Shown here: in pieces, positions 25,236-39,555 of the stretch
How positions within the stretch are numbered: position 1 is the stretch's first letter
How the letters are laid out: each line of letters begins with the position of its first letter
Assembly: GCA_964057225.1 (NCBI GenBank)
Contig: OZ059897.1
Location: 3,720,001-3,784,000, forward strand
Source of the DNA: Auanema rhodensis
Lineage: Eukaryota; Animalia; Nematoda
DNA length: 64,000 nucleotides
Direction of reading: 5' to 3'
Program-made: the position numbers and the translations under genes
Notes under the pieces: model-generated
The model's input: only the letters and a program-made list of their open reading frames with translations
Database searches by the model: none
Told to the model about the DNA's origin: nothing

Positions 25236-28200
25236 TTGAAGAAAGAAATCTAAAAACATCTACTTTTTGTGAAATTATTTAGAAATTTTTCGGGAAAATT
25301 TTTGTCAAAATGTTTTTGGAAGCAATGTTGAGTGTACATGGGAACTCAACATACACTAATGCATTATTTTTCAAACGATCATAACTAATTTTTGTATAGA
25401 GCGTTTCTCATTGTAGTATAGTGCATTCGATGCGGATTTTCAAGCTGCGTCGATCTGTGTTATCAGATTTGAGTTAACTTAAAAATGCACCGAGATATCA
25501 ACTGATATAGGTTCACACTTGTATCCTCGATTTTCACCCTGAAGAAATGATTTTTTCGTTGAAAAACATTGTCCATCGTATTCGTCTTGAAAAAAGGAAT
25601 CTAAAAACATCTACTTTTTGTGAAATTATTTAGAAATTTTTCGGGAAAATTTTTGTCAAAATGTTTTTGGAAGCAATGTTGAGTGTACATGGGAACTCAA
25701 CATACACTAATGCATTATTTTTCAAACGATCATAACTAATTTTTGTATAGAGCGTTTCTCATTGTAGTATAGTGCATTCGATGCGGATTTTTAAGCTGCG
25801 TTGATCTGTGTTATCAGATTTGAGTTAACTTAAAAATGCACCGAGATATCAACTGATATAGGTTCACACATATATCCTCGATTTTCACCCTGAAGAAATG
25901 ATTTTTTCGTTGAAAAACATTGTCCATCGTCTTCGTCTTGAAAAAAGAAATCTAAAAACATCTACTTTCTGTGAAATTATTCAGAAATTTTTCGGGAAAA
26001 TTTTTGTCAAAATGTTTTTGGAAGCAATGTTGAGTGTACATGGGAACTCAACATACACTAATGCATTATTTTTCAAACGATCATAACTAATTTTTGTATA
26101 GAGCGTTTCTCAATGTAGTATAGTGCATTCGATGCGGATTTTTAAGCTGCGTTGATCTGTGTTATCAGATTTGAGTTAGCTTAAAAATGCACCGAGATAT
26201 CAACTGATATTTGTTCACACTTATATCCTCGATTTTCACCCTGAAGAATTAATTTTTTCGTTGAATAACATTGTCCATCGTCTTTGCCTTGAAAAAAGAA
26301 ATCTAAAAACTCCTACTTTTTGTGAAATTGTTTAGAAATTTTTCGGGAAAATTTTTGTCACAATGTTTTTGGAAGCAATGTTGAGTGTACATGGGAACTC
26401 AGCATACACTAATGCATTATTTTTCAAACGATCATAACTAATCTTTGTATAGAGCGTTTCTCAATGTAGTATAGTGCATTCGATGCGGATTTTTAAGCTG
26501 CGTTGATCTGTGTTATCAGATTTGCGCTAGCTTAAAAATGCACCGAGATATCAACTGATATATGTTCACACTTATATCCTCGATTTTCACCCTGAAGAAA
26601 TGATTTTTTCGTTGAATAACATTGTCATTTGTCTTCGTCTTGAAAAAAGGAATCTAAAAACATCTACTTGTTGTGAAATTATTTAGAAATTTTTCGGGAA
26701 AATTTTTGTCAAAATGTTTTTGGAAGCAATGTTGAGTGTACATGGGAACTCAACATACACTAATGCATTATTTTTCAAACGATCATAACTAATTTTTGTA
26801 TAGAGCGTTTCTCATTGTAGTATAGTGCATTCGATGCGGATTTTTAAGCTGCGTTGATCTGTGTTATCAGATTTGCGCTAGCTTAAAAATGCACCGAGTA
26901 ATCAACTGATATAGGTTCACACTTATATCCTCGATTTTCACCCTGAAGAATTAATTTTTTCGTTGAATAACATTGTCCATCGTCTTCGCCTTGAAAAAAG
27001 AAATCCAAAAACTCCTACTTTTTGTGAAATTATTTAGAAATTTTTCGGGAAAATTTTTGTCACAATGTTTTTGGAAGCAATGTTGAGTGTACATGGGAAC
27101 TCAGCATACACTAATGCATTATTTTTCAAACGATCATAACTAATTTTTGTATAGAGCGTTTCTCAATGTAGTATAGTGCATTCGATGCGGATTTTTAAGC
27201 TGCGTTGATCTGTGTTATCAGATTTGCGCTAGCTTAAAAATGCACCGAGTAATCAACTGATATATGTTCACACTTATATCCTCGATTTTCACCCTGAAGA
27301 AATGATTTTTTCGTTGAATGACATTGTCCATCGTCTTCGTCTTGAAAAAAGGAATCTAAAAACTTCTACTTTTTGTGAAATTATTTAGAAATTTTTCGGG
27401 AAAATTTTTGTCAAAATGTTTTTGGAAGCAATGTTGAGTGTACATGGGAACTCAACATACACTAATGCATTATTTTTCAAACGATCATAACTAATTTTTG
27501 TATAGAGCGTTTCTCAATGTAGTATAGTGCATTCGATGCGGATTTTTAAGCTGCGTTGATCTGTGTTATCAGATTTGAGTTAACTTAAAAATGCACCGAG
27601 ATATCAACTGATATATGTTCACACTTATATCCTCGATTTTCACCCTGAAGAAATGATTTTTTCGTTGAAAAACATTGTCCATCGTATTCGTTTTGAAAAA
27701 AGAAATCTAAAAACATCTACTTTTTGTGAAATTATTTAGAAATTTTTCGGGAAAATTTTTGTCAAAATGTTTTTGGAAGCAATGTTGAGTGTACATGGGA
27801 ACTCAACATACACTAATGCATTATTTTTCAAACGATCATAACTAATTTTTGTATAGAGCGTTTCTCATTGTAGTATAGTGCATTCGATGCGGATTTTCAA
27901 GCTGCGTCGATCTGTGTTATCAGATTTGAGTTAACTTAAAAATGCACCGAGATATCAACTGATATAGGTTCACACTTGTATCCTCGATTTTCACCCTGAA
28001 GAAATGATTTTTTCGTTGAAAAACATTGTCCATCGTATTCGTCTTGAAAAAAGGAATCTAAAAACATCTACTTTTTGTGAAATTATTTAGAAATTTTTCG
28101 GGAAAATTTTTGTCAAAATGTTTTTGGAAGCAATGTTGAGTGTACATGGGAACTCAACATACACTAATGCATTATTTTTCAAACGATCATAACTAATTTT

Positions 28201-29620
28201 TGTATAGAGCGTTTCTCATTGTAGTATAGTGCATTCGATGCGGATTTTTAAGCTGCGTTGATCTGTGTTATCAGATTTGAGTTAACTTAAAAATGCACCG
28301 AGATATCAACTGATATAGGTTCACACATATATCCTCGATTTTCACCCTGAAGAAATGATTTTTTCGTTGAAAAACATTGTCCATCGTCTTCGTCTTGAAA
28401 AAAGAAATCTAAAAACATCTACTTTCTGTGAAATTATTCAGAAATTTTTCGGGAAAATTTTTGTCAAAATGTTTTTGGAAGCAATGTTGAGTGTACATGG
28501 GAACTCAACATACACTAATGCATTATTTTTCAAACGATCATAACTAATTTTTGTATAGAGCGTTTCTCAATGTAGTATAGTGCATTCGATGCGGATTTTT
28601 AAGCTGCGTTGATCTGTGTTATCAGATTTGAGTTAGCTTAAAAATGCACCGAGATATCAACTGATATTTGTTCACACTTATATCCTCGATTTTCACCCTG
28701 AAGAATTAATTTTTTCGTTGAATAACATTGTCCATCGTCTTTGCCTTGAAAAAAGAAATCTAAAAACTCCTACTTTTTGTGAAATTGTTTAGAAATTTTT
28801 CGGGAAAATTTTTGTCACAATGTTTTTGGAAGCAATGTTGAGTGTACATGGGAACTCAGCATACACTAATGCATTATTTTTCAAACGATCATAACTAATC
28901 TTTGTATAGAGCGTTTCTCAATGTAGTATAGTGCATTCGATGCGGATTTTTAAGCTGCGTTGATCTGTGTTATCAGATTTGCGCTAGCTTAAAAATGCAC
29001 CGAGATATCAACTGATATATGTTCACACTTATATCCTCGATTTTCACCCTGAAGAAATGATTTTTTCGTTGAATAACATTGTCATTTGTCTTCGTCTTGA
29101 AAAAAGGAATCTAAAAACATCTACTTGTTGTGAAATTATTTAGAAATTTTTCGGGAAAATTTTTGTCAAAATGTTTTTGGAAGCAATGTTGAGTGTACAT
29201 GGGAACTCAACATACACTAATGCATTATTTTTCAAACGATCATAACTAATTTTTGTATAGAGCGTTTCTCATTGTAGTATAGTGCATTCGATGCGGATTT
29301 TTAAGCTGCGTTGATCTGTGTTATCAGATTTGCGCTAGCTTAAAAATGCACCGAGTAATCAACTGATATAGGTTCACACTTATATCCTCGATTTTCACCC
29401 TGAAGAATTAATTTTTTCGTTGAATAACATTGTCCATCGTCTTCGCCTTGAAAAAAGAAATCCAAAAACTCCTACTTTTTGTGAAATTATTTAGAAATTT
29501 TTCGGGAAAATTTTTGTCACAATGTTTTTGGAAGCAATGTTGAGTGTACATGGGAACTCAGCATACACTAATGCATTATTTTTCAAACGATCATAACTAA
29601 TTTTTGTATAGAGCGTTTCT
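24800..29620. repeat. 7-monomer tandem duplication (2457 bp)
   Basis: GCGTCGATC 25447/27904, ACTTTCTGTG 25964/28421, GATATTTGT 26206/28663, AAATTGTTT 26325/28782 and ACTTGTTGT 26666/29123. Confidence 0.93.
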
Positions 29621-29989
29621 CAATGTAGCATAGTGCATTCGATGCGGATTTTTATGCTGCGTTGATCTGTGTTATCAGATTTCAGTTAGCTTAAAAATGC
29701 ACCGAGATATCAACTGAGATATGTTCACACTTATATCCTCGATTTTCACCCTGAAGAAATGATTTTTTCGTTGAATAACATTGTCCATCGTCTTCGTCTT
29801 GGAAAAAGAAATCTAAAAACATCTACTTTTTGTGAAATTATTTAGAAATTTTTCGGGAAAATTTTTGTCAAAATGTTTTTGGAAGCAATGTTGAGTGTAC
29901 ATGGGAACTCAACATACACTAATGCATTATTTTTCAAACGATCATAACTAATTTTTGTATAGAGCGTTTCTCATTGTAGTATAGTGCAT

Positions 29990-32900
29990 TCGATGCGGAT
30001 TTTTAAGCTGCGTTGATCTGTGTTATCAGATTTGAGTTAACTTAAAAATGCACCGAGATATCAACTGATATAGGTTCACACATATATCCTCGATTTTCAC
30101 CCTGAAGAAATGATTTTTTCGTTGAAAAACATTGTCCATCGTCTTCGTCTTGAAAAAAGGAATCTAAAAACATCTACTTTTTGTGAAATTATTTAGAAAT
30201 TTTTCGGGAAAATTTTTGTCAAAATGTTTTTGGAAGCAATGTTGAGTGTACATGGGAACTCAACATACACTAATGCATTATTTTTCAAACGATCATAACT
30301 AATTTTTGTATAGAGCGTTTCTCATTGTAGTATAGTGCATTCGATGCGGATTTTTAAGCTGCGTTGATCTGTGTTATCAGATTTGAGTTAACTTAAAAAT
30401 GCACCGAGATATCAACTGATATAGGTTCACACATATATCCTCGATTTTCACCCTGAAGAAATGATTTTTTCGTTGAAAAACATTGTCCATCGTCTTCGTC
30501 TTGAAAAAAGGAATCTAAAAACATCTACTTTTTGTGAAATTATTCAGAAATTTTTCGGGAAAATTTTTGTCAAAATGTTTTTGGAAGCAATGTTGAGTGT
30601 ACATGGGAACTCAACATACACTAATGCATTATTTTTCAAACGATCATAACTTATTTTTGTATAGAGCGTTTCTCAATGTAGTATAGTGCATTCGATGCGG
30701 ATTTTTAAGTTGCGTTGATCTGTGTTATCCGATTTGAGCTAGCTTGAAAATGTACCGAGATATCAACTGATATATGTTCACACTTATATCCTCGATTTTC
30801 ACCCTGAAGAATTTATTTTTTCGTTGAATAACATTGTCCATTGTCTTCGCCTTGAAAGAAGGAATCTAAAAACATCTACTTTTTGTGAAATTATTCAGAA
30901 ATTTTTTGGGAAAATTTTTGTCAAAATGTTTTTGGAAGCAATGTTGAGTGTACATGGGAACTCAGCATACACTAATGCATTATTTTTCAAACGATAATAA
31001 CAAATTTTTGTATAGAGCGTTTCTTAATGTAGTATAGTGCATTCGATGCGGATTTTTAAGTTGCGTTGATCTGTGTTATCAGATTTGAGTTAGCTTAAAA
31101 ATGCACCGAGATATCAACTGATATATGTTCACACTTATATCCTCGATTTTCACCCTGAAGAAATGATTTTTTCGTTGAATAACAATGTCCATCATCTTCG
31201 TCTTGAAAAAAGGAATCTAAAAACATCTACTTTTTGTGAAATTATTTAGAAATTTTTCGGGAAAATTTTTGTCAAAATGTTTTTGGAAGCAATGTTGAGT
31301 GTACATGGGAACTCAACATACACTAATGCATTATTTTTCAAACGATCATAACTAATTTTTGTATGGAGCGTTTCTCAATGTAGTATAGTGCATTCAATGC
31401 GGATTTTTAAGCTGCGTTGATCTGTGTTATCAGATTTGCGCTAGCTTAAAAATGCACCGAGTAATCAACTGATATAGGTTCACACTTATATCCTCGATTT
31501 TCACCCTGAAGAATTAATTTTTTCGTTGAATAACATTGTCCATCGTCTTTGCCTTGAGAAAAGAAATCTAAAAACTCCTACTTTTTGTAAAATTATTTAG
31601 AAATTTTTCGGGAAAATTTTTGTCACAATGTTTTTGGAAGCAATGTTGAGTGTACATGGGAACTCAACATACACTAATGCATTATTTTTCAAACGATCAT
31701 AACTAATTTTTGTATAGAGCGTTTCTTAATGTAGTATAGTGCATTCGATGCGGTTTTGTAAGCTGCGTTGATCTGTGTTATCAGATTTGAGTTAGCTTAA
31801 AAATGCACCGAGATATCAACTGATATATGTTCACACTTATATCCTCGATTTTCACCCTGAAGAAATGATTTTTTCGTTGAAAAACATTGTCCTTCGTATT
31901 CGTCTTGAAAAAAGAAATCTAAAAACATCTACTTTTTGTGAAATTATTTAGAAATTTTTCGGGAAAATTTTTGTCAAAATGTTTTTGGAAGCAATGTTGA
32001 GTGTACATGGGAACTCAACATACACTAATGCATTATTTTTCAAACGATCATAACTAATTTTTGTATAGAGCGTTTCTCATTGTAGTATAGTGCATTCGAT
32101 GCGGATTTTCAAGCTGCGTTGATCTGTGTTATCAGATTTGAGTTAACTTAAAAATGCACCGAGATATCAACTGATATAGGTTCACACTTGTATCCTCGAT
32201 TTTCACCCTGAAGAAATGATTTTTTCGTTGAAAAACATTGTCCATCGTATTCGTCTTGAAAAAAGGAATCTAAAAACATCTACTTTTTGTGAAATTATTT
32301 AGAAATTTTTCGGGAAAATTTTTGTCAAAATGTTTTTGGAAGCAATGTTGAGTGTACAGGGGAACTCAACATACACTAATGCATTATTTTTCAAACGATC
32401 ATAACTAATTTTTGTATAGAGCGTTTCTCAATGTAGTATAGTGCATTCGATGCGGATTTTTAAGCTGCGTTGATCTGTGTTATCAGATTTGAGTTAACTT
32501 AAAAATGCACCGAGATATCAACTGATATAGGTTCACACTTATATCCTCGATTTTCACCCTGAAGAAATGATTTTTTCGTTGAATAACATTGTCCATCGTC
32601 TTCGTCTTAAAAAAAAGAATCTAAAAACATCTACTTTTTGTGAAATTATTTAGAAATTTTTCGGGAAAATTTTTGTCAAAATGTTTTTGGAAGCAATGTT
32701 GAGTGTACATGGGAACTCAACATACACTAATGCATTATTTTTCAAACGATCATAACTAATTTTTGTATAGAGCGTTTCTCAATGTAGTATAGTGCATTCG
32801 ATGCGGATTTCTAAGCTGCGTTGATCTGTGTTATCAGATTTGAGTTAGCTTAAAAATGCACCGAGATATCAACTGATATATGTTCACACTTATATCCTCG

Positions 32901-35900
32901 ATTTTCACCCTGAAGAAATGATTTTTTCGTTGAATAACATTGTCCATCGTCTTCGTCTTAAAAAAAGGAATCTAAAAACATCTACTTTTTGTGAAATTAT
33001 TTAGAAATTTTTCGGGAAAATTTTTGTCAAAATGTTTTTGGAAGCAATGTTGAGTGTACATGGGAACTCAACATACACTAATGCATTATTTTTCAAACGA
33101 TCATAACTAATTTTTGTATGGAGCGTTTCCCAATGTAGTATAGTGCATTCGATGCGGATTTTTAAGCTGCGTTGATCTGTGTTATCAGATTTGAGTTAAC
33201 TTAAAAATGCACCGAGATATCAACTGATATAGGTTCACACATATATCCTCGATTTTCACCCTGAAGAAATGATTTTTTCGTTGAAAAACATTGTCCATCG
33301 TCTTCGTCTTGAAAAAAGGAATCTAAAAACATCTACTTTTTGTGAAATTATTTAGAAATTTTTCGGGAAAATTTTTGTCAAAATGTTTTTGGAAGCAATG
33401 TTGAGTGTACATGGGAACTCAACATACACTAATGCATTATTTTTCAAACGATCATAACTAATTTTTGTATAGAGCGTTTCTCATTGTAGTATAGTGCATT
33501 CGATGCGGATTTTTAAGCTGCGTTGATCTGTGTTATCAGATTTGAGTTAACTTAAAAATGCACCGAGATATCAACTGATATAGGTTCACACATATATCCT
33601 CGATTTTCACCCTGAAGAAATGATTTTTTCGTTGAAAAACATTGTCCATCGTCTTCGTCTTGAAAAAAGGAATCTAAAAACATCTACTTTTTGTGAAATT
33701 ATTCAGAAATTTTTCGGGAAAATTTTTGTCAAAATGTTTTTGGAAGCAATGTTGAGTGTACATGGGAACTCAACATACACTAATGCATTATTTTTCAAAC
33801 GATCATAACTTATTTTTGTATAGAGCGTTTCTCAATGTAGTATAGTGCATTCGATGCGGATTTTTAAGTTGCGTTGATCTGTGTTATCCGATTTGAGCTA
33901 GCTTGAAAATGTACCGAGATATCAACTGATATATGTTCACACTTATATCCTCGATTTTCACCCTGAAGAATTTATTTTTTCGTTGAATAACATTGTCCAT
34001 TGTCTTCGCCTTGAAAGAAGGAATCTAAAAACATCTACTTTTTGTGAAATTATTCAGAAATTTTTTGGGAAAATTTTTGTCAAAATGTTTTTGGAAGCAA
34101 TGTTGAGTGTACATGGGAACTCAGCATACACTAATGCATTATTTTTCAAACGATAATAACAAATTTTTGTATAGAGCGTTTCTTAATGTAGTATAGTGCA
34201 TTCGATGCGGATTTTTAAGTTGCGTTGATCTGTGTTATCAGATTTGAGTTAGCTTAAAAATGCACCGAGATATCAACTGATATATGTTCACACTTATATC
34301 CTCGATTTTCACCCTGAAGAAATGATTTTTTCGTTGAATAACAATGTCCATCATCTTCGTCTTGAAAAAAGGAATCTAAAAACATCTACTTTTTGTGAAA
34401 TTATTTAGAAATTTTTCGGGAAAATTTTTGTCAAAATGTTTTTGGAAGCAATGTTGAGTGTACATGGGAACTCAACATACACTAATGCATTATTTTTCAA
34501 ACGATCATAACTAATTTTTGTATGGAGCGTTTCTCAATGTAGTATAGTGCATTCAATGCGGATTTTTAAGCTGCGTTGATCTGTGTTATCAGATTTGCGC
34601 TAGCTTAAAAATGCACCGAGTAATCAACTGATATAGGTTCACACTTATATCCTCGATTTTCACCCTGAAGAATTAATTTTTTCGTTGAATAACATTGTCC
34701 ATCGTCTTTGCCTTGAGAAAAGAAATCTAAAAACTCCTACTTTTTGTAAAATTATTTAGAAATTTTTCGGGAAAATTTTTGTCACAATGTTTTTGGAAGC
34801 AATGTTGAGTGTACATGGGAACTCAACATACACTAATGCATTATTTTTCAAACGATCATAACTAATTTTTGTATAGAGCGTTTCTTAATGTAGTATAGTG
34901 CATTCGATGCGGTTTTGTAAGCTGCGTTGATCTGTGTTATCAGATTTGAGTTAGCTTAAAAATGCACCGAGATATCAACTGATATATGTTCACACTTATA
35001 TCCTCGATTTTCACCCTGAAGAAATGATTTTTTCGTTGAAAAACATTGTCCTTCGTATTCGTCTTGAAAAAAGAAATCTAAAAACATCTACTTTTTGTGA
35101 AATTATTTAGAAATTTTTCGGGAAAATTTTTGTCAAAATGTTTTTGGAAGCAATGTTGAGTGTACATGGGAACTCAACATACACTAATGCATTATTTTTC
35201 AAACGATCATAACTAATTTTTGTATAGAGCGTTTCTCATTGTAGTATAGTGCATTCGATGCGGATTTTCAAGCTGCGTTGATCTGTGTTATCAGATTTGA
35301 GTTAACTTAAAAATGCACCGAGATATCAACTGATATAGGTTCACACTTGTATCCTCGATTTTCACCCTGAAGAAATGATTTTTTCGTTGAAAAACATTGT
35401 CCATCGTATTCGTCTTGAAAAAAGGAATCTAAAAACATCTACTTTTTGTGAAATTATTTAGAAATTTTTCGGGAAAATTTTTGTCAAAATGTTTTTGGAA
35501 GCAATGTTGAGTGTACAGGGGAACTCAACATACACTAATGCATTATTTTTCAAACGATCATAACTAATTTTTGTATAGAGCGTTTCTCAATGTAGTATAG
35601 TGCATTCGATGCGGATTTTTAAGCTGCGTTGATCTGTGTTATCAGATTTGAGTTAACTTAAAAATGCACCGAGATATCAACTGATATAGGTTCACACTTA
35701 TATCCTCGATTTTCACCCTGAAGAAATGATTTTTTCGTTGAATAACATTGTCCATCGTCTTCGTCTTAAAAAAAAGAATCTAAAAACATCTACTTTTTGT
35801 GAAATTATTTAGAAATTTTTCGGGAAAATTTTTGTCAAAATGTTTTTGGAAGCAATGTTGAGTGTACATGGGAACTCAACATACACTAATGCATTATTTT

Positions 35901-38900
35901 TCAAACGATCATAACTAATTTTTGTATAGAGCGTTTCTCAATGTAGTATAGTGCATTCGATGCGGATTTCTAAGCTGCGTTGATCTGTGTTATCAGATTT
36001 GAGTTAGCTTAAAAATGCACCGAGATATCAACTGATATATGTTCACACTTATATCCTCGATTTTCACCCTGAAGAAATGATTTTTTCGTTGAATAACATT
36101 GTCCATCGTCTTCGTCTTAAAAAAAGGAATCTAAAAACATCTACTTTTTGTGAAATTATTTAGAAATTTTTCGGGAAAATTTTTGTCAAAATGTTTTTGG
36201 AAGCAATGTTGAGTGTACATGGGAACTCAACATACACTAATGCATTATTTTTCAAACGATCATAACTAATTTTTGTATGGAGCGTTTCCCAATGTAGTAT
36301 AGTGCATTCGATGCGGATTTTTAAGCTGCGTTGATCTGTGTTATCAGATTTGAGTTAACTTAAAAATGCACCGAGATATCAACTGATATAGGTTCACACA
36401 TATATCCTCGATTTTCACCCTGAAGAAATGATTTTTTCGTTGAAAAACATTGTCCATCGTCTTCGTCTTGAAAAAAGGAATCTAAAAACATCTACTTTTT
36501 GTGAAATTATTTAGAAATTTTTCGGGAAAATTTTTGTCAAAATGTTTTTGGAAGCAATGTTGAGTGTACATGGGAACTCAACATACACTAATGCATTATT
36601 TTTCAAACGATCATAACTAATTTTTGTATAGAGCGTTTCTCATTGTAGTATAGTGCATTCGATGCGGATTTTTAAGCTGCGTTGATCTGTGTTATCAGAT
36701 TTGAGTTAACTTAAAAATGCACCGAGATATCAACTGATATAGGTTCACACATATATCCTCGATTTTCACCCTGAAGAAATGATTTTTTCGTTGAAAAACA
36801 TTGTCCATCGTCTTCGTCTTGAAAAAAGGAATCTAAAAACATCTACTTTTTGTGAAATTATTCAGAAATTTTTCGGGAAAATTTTTGTCAAAATGTTTTT
36901 GGAAGCAATGTTGAGTGTACATGGGAACTCAACATACACTAATGCATTATTTTTCAAACGATCATAACTTATTTTTGTATAGAGCGTTTCTCAATGTAGT
37001 ATAGTGCATTCGATGCGGATTTTTAAGTTGCGTTGATCTGTGTTATCCGATTTGAGCTAGCTTGAAAATGTACCGAGATATCAACTGATATATGTTCACA
37101 CTTATATCCTCGATTTTCACCCTGAAGAATTTATTTTTTCGTTGAATAACATTGTCCATTGTCTTCGCCTTGAAAGAAGGAATCTAAAAACATCTACTTT
37201 TTGTGAAATTATTCAGAAATTTTTTGGGAAAATTTTTGTCAAAATGTTTTTGGAAGCAATGTTGAGTGTACATGGGAACTCAGCATACACTAATGCATTA
37301 TTTTTCAAACGATAATAACAAATTTTTGTATAGAGCGTTTCTTAATGTAGTATAGTGCATTCGATGCGGATTTTTAAGTTGCGTTGATCTGTGTTATCAG
37401 ATTTGAGTTAGCTTAAAAATGCACCGAGATATCAACTGATATATGTTCACACTTATATCCTCGATTTTCACCCTGAAGAAATGATTTTTTCGTTGAATAA
37501 CAATGTCCATCATCTTCGTCTTGAAAAAAGGAATCTAAAAACATCTACTTTTTGTGAAATTATTTAGAAATTTTTCGAAAAAATTTTTGTCAAAATGTTT
37601 TTGGAAGCAATGTTGAGTGTACATGGGAACTCAACATACACTAATGCATTATTTTTCAAACGATCATAACTAATTTTTGTATGGAGCGTTTCTCAATGTA
37701 GTATAGTGCATTCAATGCGGATTTTTAAGCTGCGTTGATCTGTGTTATCAGATTTGCGCTAGCTTAAAAATGCACCGAGTAATCAACTGATATAGGTTCA
37801 CACTTATATCCTCGATTTTCACCCTGAAGAATTAATTTTTTCGTTGAATAACATTGTCCATCGTCTTTGCCTTGAGAAAAGAAATCTAAAAACTCCTACT
37901 TTTTGTAAAATTATTTAGAAATTTTTCGGGAAAATTTTTGTCACAATGTTTTTGGAAGCAATGTTGAGTGTACATGGGAACTCAACATACACTAATGCAT
38001 TATTTTTCAAACGATCATAACTAATTTTTGTATAGAGCGTTTCTTAATGTAGTATAGTGCATTCGATGCGGTTTTGTAAGCTGCGTTGATCTGTGTTATC
38101 AGATTTGAGTTAGCTTAAAAATGCACCGAGATATCAACTGATATATGTTCACACTTATATCCTCGATTTTCACCCTGAAGAAATGATTTTTTCGTTGAAA
38201 AACATTGTCCTTCGTATTCGTCTTGAAAAAAGAAATCTAAAAACATCTACTTTTTGTGAAATTATTTAGAAATTTTTCGGGAAAATTTTTGTCAAAATGT
38301 TTTTGGAAGCAATGTTGAGTGTACATGGGAACTCAACATACACTAATGCATTATTTTTCAAACGATCATAACTAATTTTTGTATAGAGCGTTTCTCATTG
38401 TAGTATAGTGCATTCGATGCGGATTTTCAAGCTGCGTTGATCTGTGTTATCAGATTTGAGTTAACTTAAAAATGCACCGAGATATCAACTGATATAGGTT
38501 CACACTTGTATCCTCGATTTTCACCCTGAAGAAATGATTTTTTTGTTGAAAAACATTGTCCATCGTATTCGTCTTGAAAAAAGGAATCTAAAAACATCTA
38601 CTTTTTGTGAAATTATTTAGAAATTTTTCGGGAAAATTTTTGTCAAAATGTTTTTGGAAGCAATGTTGAGTGTACAGGGGAACTCAACATACACTAATGC
38701 ATTATTTTTCAAACGATCATAACTAATTTTTGTATAGAGCGTTTCTCAATGTAGTATAGTGCATTCGATGCGGATTTTTAAGCTGCGTTGATCTGTGTTA
38801 TCAGATTTGAGTTAACTTAAAAATGCACCGAGATATCAACTGATATAGGTTCACACTTATATCCTCGATTTTCACCCTGAAGAAATGATTTTTTCGTTGA

Positions 38901-39555
38901 ATAACATTGTCCATCGTCTTCGTCTTAAAAAAAAGAATCTAAAAACATCTACTTTTTGTGAAATTATTTAGAAATTTTTCGGGAAAATTTTTGTCAAAAT
39001 GTTTTTGGAAGCAATGTTGAGTGTACATGGGAACTCAACATACACTAATGCATTATTTTTCAAACGATCATAACTAATTTTTGTATAGAGCGTTTCTCAA
39101 TGTAGTATAGTGCATTCGATGCGGATTTCTAAGCTGCGTTGATCTGTGTTATCAGATTTGAGTTAGCTTAAAAATGCACCGAGATATCAACTGATATATG
39201 TTCACACTTATATCCTCGATTTTCACCCTGAAGAAATGATTTTTTCGTTGAATAACATTGTCCATCGTCTTCGTCTTAAAAAAAGGAATCTAAAAACATC
39301 TACTTTTTGTGAAATTATTTAGAAATTTTTCGGGAAAATTTTTGTCAAAATGTTTTTGGAAGCAATGTTGAGTGTACATGGGAACTCAACATACACTAAT
39401 GCATTATTTTTCAAACGATCATAACTAATTTTTGTATGGAGCGTTTCCCAATGTAGTATAGTGCATTCGATGCGGATTTTTAAGCTGCGTTGATCTGTGT
39501 TATCAGATTTGAGTTAACTTAAAAATGCACCGAGATATCAACTGATATAGGTTCA
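29990..39555. repeat. 9-monomer higher-order repeat (3159 bp), 3 near-identical copies
   Basis: TTATCCGATTTGAGCTAGCTTGAAAATGTACC occurs at 30725, 33884 and 37043, and ORFs start at 30461/33620/36779. CATTCAATG, CTTGAGAA, GGTTTTGTAAG and GTCCTTCG share the period. Confidence 0.95.
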
